This document shows positions 58,425 through 64,000 of a stretch of 64,000 nucleotides of DNA, piece after piece (the stretch's first letter is position 1; every line of letters begins with the position of its first letter). Below the pieces are notes generated by a model. The model was not told the origin of the DNA. It ran no database searches and was given only the letters and a program-made list of their open reading frames with translations. The DNA is from Clostridia bacterium. Lineage in GTDB: Bacteria; UBA6262; WVXT01. The stretch lies in contig WJOT01000027.1 in NCBI GenBank assembly GCA_009619095.1, positions 6,812 to 70,811 of the forward strand, given 5' to 3'. The position numbers and the translations under genes were made by a program.

Positions 58425-58841
58425 CCCTTCCTCTGGTCTTCAATATACTTTTTAATGGTTTCTTCTGATATGTGCCCTATCGTTTCAATGTATGTTGATG
58501 GATTCCACAACTGACCTTTCCACAGATTCTTCTTTATCCTCGGAAACTCTATAAATATTCTTCTGCCGGAAATGCCTTTGAACATTTTATAGATAATAAG
58601 ACGCAGAAAACTTCGGATGCGCCGATACAAAAACATGCACGTGATCTGACATCACTTCTATACTCTTGATTTCAAACCCTTTTTCTTTCGCTATGTCGTA
58701 TAAAATAACTTTCAGCCTGTCAGCTATCTTTTCGGTTAAAACCTCCCGTCTGTATTTAACTGACCATACAATATGGTAATTAACATTATATACAACTGTC
58801 CTTGCGTGTGTGAGATTCCCTATATGTAGATAGTATAACAA
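58421..58841 (-). pseudogene. tnpA: IS200/IS605 Y1 transposase tnpA with one frameshift (near 58600)
   Basis: N-terminal part ..YHIVWSVKYRREVL..SDHVHVFVSAHPKFS (HUH) is in one frame. C-terminal part ..IIYKMFKGISGRRIFIEFPRIKKNLWKGQLWNPSTYIETIGHISEETIKKYIEDQ (catalytic Tyr region) is in another frame. Confidence 0.8.
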
Positions 58842-58908
58842 AAAGTATCAATTAAGTCGATAATTTGCACTATAAACACCTTAACAGATAGTCGCTTTCA
58901 TCTCGGTA

Positions 58909-59496
58909 TTAAAATACCAAGGATTCCCGCGACTTGATTTCTAAAAAATTTCTTAAGAGTTTCTTTCCTTCTTTAGTGAGAATAGATTCTGGATGGAACT
59001 GGACTCCCCAAATCGAGTAGTCTTTATGTTTAATCCCCATAATCTCTTTTCTGTCAGTCTGAGCAATAATCTCCAAACATTCAGGCAGGTTATCTGCCTT
59101 TACAATCAGCGAATGGTAACGTGTTGCCTCAAAAGGATTGGTAATCCCTTCGAATATTCCTTTCTGGTTATGGTAAACCAGGGAAGTCTTACCATGCATA
59201 ATCCTTCCTGCCCTAACTACCTCTCCTCCCAAAGCATAGCCAATGCACTGGTGACCAAGACAGACTCCCAGGATGGGAATCTTTCTTGCAAACTCCTTTA
59301 TTAGACTGCAGGATATCCCGGCATCTTCGGGTCTACCCGGGCCGGGAGAAATAATTATTTTTTCTGGTGCTAATTTAGTAATATCTGAAAGGGAGAGTTT
59401 ATCATTCCGAAAAACCTTCAATCTCTCCCCCATTTCTCCTAAATACTGCACGAGGTTATAGACAAAAGAGTCATAATTATCGATTACCAGAATCAC
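58909..59496 (-). CDS. trpG: Anthranilate synthase component II (glutamine amidotransferase)
   Basis: 195 aa; MILVIDNYDSFVYNLVQYL, GVCLGHQ, HPES. Confidence 0.95.
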   Translation of the reverse strand: MILVIDNYDSFVYNLVQYLGEMGERLKVFRNDKLSLSDITKLAPEKIIISPGPGRPEDAGISCSLIKEFARKIPILGVCLGHQCIGYALGGEVVRAGRIMHGKTSLVYHNQKGIFEGITNPFEATRYHSLIVKADNLPECLEIIAQTDRKEIMGIKHKDYSIWGVQFHPESILTKEGKKLLRNFLEIKSRESLVF

Positions 59497-60986
59497 TATT
59501 CAAGCCCTTTCTCTGCCATTTCAATCGCTTCAAATAATGCCTTTGCTTTATTTATTGTTTCCTCATATTCATTTTTAGGAATGGAATCAGCCACAATTCC
59601 TGCCCCGGCCTGGAGAAAAGCCTCTTTTCCCTTTATCAGGATCGTCCTAATGGTAATCGCCATATCCATGTTTCCCTGAAAGCTGAAATATCCCACTGCT
59701 CCAGCATAGGATCCTCTTTTTAGATTTTCCAACTCCTCTATTATTTCCATTGCCCTGACCTTTGGCGCTCCGGAAACTGTGCCCGCGGGGAAACAGGCTC
59801 TAAGGACATCGAAGCTATCCATTCCTCTTTTTAGTTTACCAACCACTCCTGAAACAATGTGCATTACATGGGAATACCTCTCAATAACCATCAATTCTGG
59901 CACTTTAACGCTACCATACTCACAGACCCGACCGATGTCATTCCTTCCCAGGTCGACCAGCATAAGATGCTCTGCTCTCTCTTTGGAACTCTTGAGCAAT
60001 TCTCTTTCTAATTTCTTATCCTCAAATTCGTCTTTCCCTCGCGGTCTGGTACCTGCTATAGGTCGAACTTCAACTCTTCTTCCCTCTTGTCTGACGAGAA
60101 TTTCCGGTGAAGAACCGACAAGATTCATCCCTCCCAGCGAGAGATAATACATATAAGGTGAAGGATTGATAACTCTCAGTGCTCGATAAATATCGAAAGG
60201 ATGCGCACTAACCTTTGTTTGTAACCTCTGAGACAGAACAGTCTGGATAATATCTCCTGCTTTTATATACTCCTTAGCCTTTTCCACAATCTTCTCAAAA
60301 CCGTTTCTGGTAAAATTCGATTCCAGGATTATCTTTGAGCTTCTTGACCGTCTTACTTTAGGTCTCTTCTTTGGTTTCTTTCTCAACTCAGTTATTAACT
60401 TTTCAATCTTCCTGCACGCTTCATTATACAAGGTCTTTAGATTATTTTTTTCTCTATCTAAATGGACACAGGATACAACTTTAATTGTATGGGCTACGTG
60501 GTCGAAGATCAGGAGATTATCTGTAAATATAAATTTACAATCAGGCAAGTCGAGGTCATCAGGATTAGTGCTGGGTATATCTTCAATGAACTTTACCATA
60601 TCGTATCCAATATAACCTACAGCTCCTCCGTAGAATCGAGGTAGCCCTTCCACTTCTACTGGCTTGTATTTCTGCATAATTTTCCTCAATTCTTCAAGAG
60701 GATTGTCTGTCTCTTTCACTTGCCGCATTACTGGAGCCTTAAGACTCAAAGTAACTTTTCTCCCTTTACTCTCAAAAATTAATGCCGGGCTACTGGATAA
60801 GAAAGAGTACCTTCCCAGCTTTTCTCCCCCTTCAACACTTTCCAGAAGATAGGCATGCTTTCCCATACCAACTTTGGTGAATGCAGAGACCGGCGTTTCC
60901 ATATCGGCGAGGATTTCTTTATAGACGGGAAGTAAATTTCCTTTTTTTGCTAATCTTTTGAATTGACTAAAACTTGGATGGAACAT
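59496..60986 (-). CDS. trpE: Anthranilate synthase component I
   Basis: 496 aa; chorismate-binding domain (..SPYMYY.., ..GTVSGAPK.RAMEII.ELE...RG.Y.GAVGY..). Confidence 0.95.
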   Translation of the reverse strand: MFHPSFSQFKRLAKKGNLLPVYKEILADMETPVSAFTKVGMGKHAYLLESVEGGEKLGRYSFLSSSPALIFESKGRKVTLSLKAPVMRQVKETDNPLEELRKIMQKYKPVEVEGLPRFYGGAVGYIGYDMVKFIEDIPSTNPDDLDLPDCKFIFTDNLLIFDHVAHTIKVVSCVHLDREKNNLKTLYNEACRKIEKLITELRKKPKKRPKVRRSRSSKIILESNFTRNGFEKIVEKAKEYIKAGDIIQTVLSQRLQTKVSAHPFDIYRALRVINPSPYMYYLSLGGMNLVGSSPEILVRQEGRRVEVRPIAGTRPRGKDEFEDKKLERELLKSSKERAEHLMLVDLGRNDIGRVCEYGSVKVPELMVIERYSHVMHIVSGVVGKLKRGMDSFDVLRACFPAGTVSGAPKVRAMEIIEELENLKRGSYAGAVGYFSFQGNMDMAITIRTILIKGKEAFLQAGAGIVADSIPKNEYEETINKAKALFEAIEMAEKGLE

Positions 60987-61005
60987 AAATTCCCTTTACT
61001 TATTT

Positions 61006-61034
61006 CATCGGAGTAGCTCCGATTTATCGGAGCG
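61006..61034. repeat. Overlapping hairpin modules (tcggag/ctccga family)
   Basis: tcggag-tag-ctccga and ctccgat-tta-tcggag. Confidence 0.65.
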
Positions 61035-61048
61035 TAATGAATCAGCCC

Positions 61049-61447
61049 CTATTTCTTATAGACTTTGCTGGGGTCAAAAACTTTTTCCTCAACAATATCA
61101 TATTCTCCTTTTTCATTAACCTTCCTGAAGAAACACGACCTGTATCCCGTGTGGCAGGCAGCACCGCCAAGTTGTTTCACTTTTACCAGTAGTGTGTCAC
61201 CATCACAATCGAAAAAAATCTCTTTGACCTCCTGAAAATGTCCTGATTTTTCCCCTTTAGTCCACAGTCTCCCTTGGGAACGACGCCAAAAACAGGTCTT
61301 TCCAGTGGCTATTGTCTTTTCCAGAGACTCTGCATTCATATAAGCCAGCATCAAAATCTGACCATCTTCATAATCCTGCACTATTGTTGGAATCAAACCT
61401 TGACTATCAAATTTCAATTCTTCTATAAACTTCATTGTTACCTCCAA
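61049..61447 (-). CDS. hisI: Phosphoribosyl-AMP cyclohydrolase (HisI only, no HisE domain)
   Basis: 132 aa; ..GLIPTIVQD...[13 protein letters not shown]...G...FWRRSQ..LW.KGE.SG..Q.V.....[20 protein letters not shown]. Confidence 0.9.
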   Translation of the reverse strand: MEVTMKFIEELKFDSQGLIPTIVQDYEDGQILMLAYMNAESLEKTIATGKTCFWRRSQGRLWTKGEKSGHFQEVKEIFFDCDGDTLLVKVKQLGGAACHTGYRSCFFRKVNEKGEYDIVEEKVFDPSKVYKK

Positions 61448-61458
61448 AAACTTTTTCT

Positions 61459-61741
61459 ACCTTTTAACACCCCAAGGATGAAGGGATAGTTGCAGGAGCT
61501 TTAATTCCGTCAGGTTTTCTGTAGTGTAGCCCTTTATGGGCGTAATTTTACGGGCATAAAGCCCTACACTACCGAGCGACTCCGATAACTATCCCTACCT
61601 TTTAACACCCCAAGGATGAAGGGATAGTCGCAGGAGTTTTAATTCCGCCAGGTTTTCTGTAGTGTAGCCCTTTATGGGCGTAATTTTACGGGCATAAAGC
61701 CCTACACTACCGAGCGACTCCGATAACTATCCCTTCATCCT
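61459..61741. repeat. Tandem duplication (2 x 138 bp) of a TIR-bounded palindromic element
   Basis: Units 61459-61596 and 61597-61734 differ at 4 positions. Each unit reads accttttaacaccccaa + GGATGAAGGGATAGT..gcaggag.. gtagtgtag[gccctttatgggc][gggcataaagccc]ctacactac ..cgagcgactccgataACTATCCCT. Confidence 0.9.
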
Positions 61742-62466
61742 CCCTTTTCTGCTATTTCCATAGCCTCCTGGAGCTTTATGTCATCTGTATATAGCGCCCT
61801 TCCAATAATCATGCCGGAAACACCGTCTTTTTCCAGTTCCTTAATTCTCTTTACATCATCTAATGTGGAGATACCGCCACAGGCAATAACTGGAATTCTA
61901 ACCTTCTCAGCGAAAGCCTTTATCCCCTTTACATTGGGCCCTTTCAACATTCCATCCTTCTTTATATCGGTGAAGATTATCTCTTTCACTCCCATCTCTT
62001 CTACCCTTTTAGCCAGAATCATCGACCGAACAGCAGTAATTTCTTTCCAACCCCCAATAGCTACTTTTCCGCCCAATGAATCTATGCTTATTATAATTTT
62101 ATCCCCAAACTTTTTTAATGCTTTTTTTACTGTATCTGTATTATAAATTGCCGAAGTGCCCAGGATAACTTTAGCTACACCACCGGATAATACTCTCTTG
62201 ATAGTATCCATATCCCGTATGCCACCACCAACTTCTACAGGAACATTAATACTCTTTGCAATTTTCACAATCAGCTCAAGATTCTGGATTACACCAGAGA
62301 AGGCGCCATCGAGGTCAACTATGTGAATCCTTTTTGCTCCCTGAGCCTGCCAAAGCTTCGCCATAAAGAGAGGGTCCTTAGAAAATATAGTCTCCTGTTC
62401 TAATTTCCCCTGGACCAGGCGAACACAGTTTCCACCCCGAATGTCAATAGCCGGAATAACAAGCAT
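61735..62466 (-). CDS. hisA: ProFAR isomerase HisA
   Basis: 243 aa; MLVIPAIDIRGG.CVRL.QG, ..VGGGIR.., ..GGI....D. Confidence 0.95.
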   Translation of the reverse strand: MLVIPAIDIRGGNCVRLVQGKLEQETIFSKDPLFMAKLWQAQGAKRIHIVDLDGAFSGVIQNLELIVKIAKSINVPVEVGGGIRDMDTIKRVLSGGVAKVILGTSAIYNTDTVKKALKKFGDKIIISIDSLGGKVAIGGWKEITAVRSMILAKRVEEMGVKEIIFTDIKKDGMLKGPNVKGIKAFAEKVRIPVIACGGISTLDDVKRIKELEKDGVSGMIIGRALYTDDIKLQEAMEIAEKGG

Positions 62467-62473
62467 AGTCCCT

Positions 62474-62535
62474 CCTACAACGCGGAGCTACGTCTTTCTA
62501 CCGCAGAGCTTCGTCCCGATGAATCGGGACAGCTA
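62474..62535. repeat. Palindromic repeat modules in the hisB-hisA gap
   Basis: cctacaa..; gtcccgatgaatcgggac at 62513-62530. Confidence 0.7.
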
Positions 62536-62537
62536 CT

Positions 62538-63128
62538 TTATATTCGACCTTTGGTTGAAGGAATCCCTTTTAACTTTGGATTTATTTTAACCGCCTCGCG
62601 TAAAGCTAACCCAAAGCCTTTAAAGATTGACTCAGCAATGTGATGGTTGTTCCTGCCATACCTTAAATTAACGTGCAAAGTAATACCTGCATTAATACAT
62701 AATGCTCGAAAAAAGTCCTCAATTAGTGCAAAATTGAACTCTCCTCGTTTCTTAGTTTCTCTCTTAAACTTAACCTTGAATACCAAATAAGGTCTATTAG
62801 AGATATCTAAAGAGATTTCTGAAAGCGCCTCATCCATTGGCACCAGGGAGAAACCATAGCGAGATATTCTCTCCTTTTTTCCCAATGCTTTCTTTATCGC
62901 CTGTCCCAGAGAGATTCCTAAATCTTCCGTAGTATGATGGTCATCAATGCGGACATCACCTGAAGCTTTTATCTTCAGATCAATGCAACCGAATCTTGCC
63001 ACGAGTTCCAGCATATGGTCGAGAAATGGGATTGGCGTATTTATCTGATAACTTCCCTTACCATCTAAGTTTAACTCCAATCGAATCCGTGTTTCCTTGG
63101 TCCTTCTATCTATCTTTGACTTTCTCAT
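62538..63128 (-). CDS. hisB: Imidazoleglycerol-phosphate dehydratase
   Basis: 196 aa; R.TKET.I...L.LDG.G......TGI.FLDHML......., ..D.HHT.ED.GI.LG.A, ..G.N.HH..E..FK. Confidence 0.95.
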   Translation of the reverse strand: MRKSKIDRRTKETRIRLELNLDGKGSYQINTPIPFLDHMLELVARFGCIDLKIKASGDVRIDDHHTTEDLGISLGQAIKKALGKKERISRYGFSLVPMDEALSEISLDISNRPYLVFKVKFKRETKKRGEFNFALIEDFFRALCINAGITLHVNLRYGRNNHHIAESIFKGFGLALREAVKINPKLKGIPSTKGRI

Positions 63129-63144
63129 TTCACCTCCAACATTA

Positions 63145-64000
63145 TTACTTTTTCAGTCTTACTTTTATTGACTCTGCATGCCTTCCCATTCCTTCCACCT
63201 TTGCAAAATTGATTATATCTCGAGCTGAACTTCTCAACCCTCTCTCCGAACACGTTACTACTACCATTCTTTTCAAAAAATCTTTGACCGACAATCCTGA
63301 AGAGAATCTCGCGCTACCTCCTGTAGGCAAGACATGACTTGGCCCTGCATAATAGTCACCAATGGCAACGGGAGACCAATTGCCAAGAAATATTTCCCCT
63401 GCATTCTTAATCTCAGGTAAAATTTTCTCCGGCTTATCTGTCAGAATTTCCAGATGTTCTGGAGCGAATTCGTTGGCAAGGCGTACAGCTTCTTTGATAC
63501 TCCCCACCCACATCAGGTAGATTCCTTTTCTTTTCACTTTCTTCTGAACGATATTTCTTATTTTTCTTGAAGTGGTGATTAATCGGGCAGTGGCACCTCC
63601 ACCATGTTCTACCTGTGCTAATAGGTCGGATACTATGTAGTCAGGATTGGCATTCCCGTCAGCAATAATCAGTATTTCCGAAGGACCAGCCAACATATCA
63701 ATTCCTACATCGCCAAACAGAAGCTTCTTAGCAGTAGTCACATACACATTTCCCGGCCCCACAATCTTATCCACTTTAGGAATAGTCCTAGTTCCGTAGG
63801 CAAGAGCTGCAATTGCCTGGGCGCCGCCAACTCTATAGATTTCCTCTACCCCGCATATCCGGGCAGCCACCAAAACCTCAGAATTCAATTTCCCCGGAGG
63901 AGAAGCCATGGCAATCCTGTCAACACCTGCTACTTTTGCCGGCACAATGGTCATCAGCACTGAAGAGGGGTAAGCAAATTTTCCCCCAGGCACATAGACT
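63145..64000 (-). CDS. hisD: Histidinol dehydrogenase; C-terminal two-thirds, gene runs off the right edge
   Basis: ..[16 protein letters not shown]......P.......VL.AA...[32 protein letters not shown]...; the reading frame is open to position 64000. Confidence 0.9.
   Translation of the reverse strand, partial: VYVPGGKFAYPSSVLMTIVPAKVAGVDRIAMASPPGKLNSEVLVAARICGVEEIYRVGGAQAIAALAYGTRTIPKVDKIVGPGNVYVTTAKKLLFGDVGIDMLAGPSEILIIADGNANPDYIVSDLLAQVEHGGGATARLITTSRKIRNIVQKKVKRKGIYLMWVGSIKEAVRLANEFAPEHLEILTDKPEKILPEIKNAGEIFLGNWSPVAIGDYYAGPSHVLPTGGSARFSSGLSVKDFLKRMVVVTCSERGLRSSARDIINFAKVEGMGRHAESIKVRLKK

Larger units (their letters stand above)
57205..58905 (-). mobile_element. IS605-type element (tnpA + tnpB), both genes disrupted, inserted between trpG and trpD
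   Basis: tnpA-tnpB overlap (ATGA at 58421-58424). RE hairpin cacgggattgaaatcccgtg at 57226-57245, just after the tnpB stop. Outer boundaries are approximate and no clear LE hairpin was found. Confidence 0.7.

Noticed and set aside
60987-61048. Trp attenuator, T-box or leader peptide upstream of trpE
   Set aside because: The gap is only 62 bp and consists of the generic tcggag/ctccga repeat hairpins. There is no small ORF with Trp codons and no T-box specifier or antiterminator features.
61459-61741. Possible CRISPR array (also considered for the 78-bp tandem at 18153-18285 and the four tRNA-derived copies at 37.2-42.4 kb)
   Set aside because: There are only two contiguous copies with no unique spacers. 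The repeat lengths (138 and 78 bp) fall outside the CRISPR range, and the tRNA-derived copies are kilobases apart. There are no cas genes in the window.

Overview
AT-rich bacterial chromosome segment of about 64 kb. The lineage is diderm (LptD, LptE, MurJ, an OM beta-barrel and O-antigen-ligase-like proteins are present). I cannot assign a taxon from sequence alone. Almost every gene is on the minus strand. The only plus-strand genes are rpsT, a secreted BTLCP-like protein and an IS110-family recombinase. Most of the window is conserved housekeeping synteny: GT2/uvrC/murJ, rpsT, leuS-lptE-holA, tlyA, dxs-larA-like-ispA-xseB-xseA, ymdB-rny, 5-formyl-THF cyclo-ligase, rarA, a candidate 6S RNA next to zapA, pheT, two tandem phosphofructokinases, accA, two Wzy_C+TPR paralogs, hflKC, lptD-glk-folC-accD and a fused his-trp cluster (hisD-B-A-I, trpE-G-D-C-B2-F-B-A). 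Accessory and mobile content is as follows. (1) A 5 kb stack of integrase-less islets sits downstream of tRNA-Thr(CGU), each bounded by a copy of the tRNA 3' part. The islets carry a nucleotidyltransferase TA-like pair, a BTLCP-like protein and small unknown proteins. (2) An IS110/IS1111-family element is inserted in a local palindromic repeat. Its 3' non-coding region folds into a two-module RNA whose internal-loop strands match the insertion target, so I call it a candidate bridge/seek RNA. (3) An intact tnpB-only IS200/IS605 element has matching LE/RE hairpins. (4) A decayed IS605 (tnpA frameshift, tnpB single in-frame TAG) lies inside the trp operon. (5) A TIR-bounded MITE family has two copies. 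(6) The most pervasive unexplained signal is a mosaic of GC-rich nested hairpin modules that fills nearly every intergenic gap over about 60 bp, even inside operons. All functional calls come from reading the translated ORFs and motifs by eye. No database search, folding or tRNA software was run.
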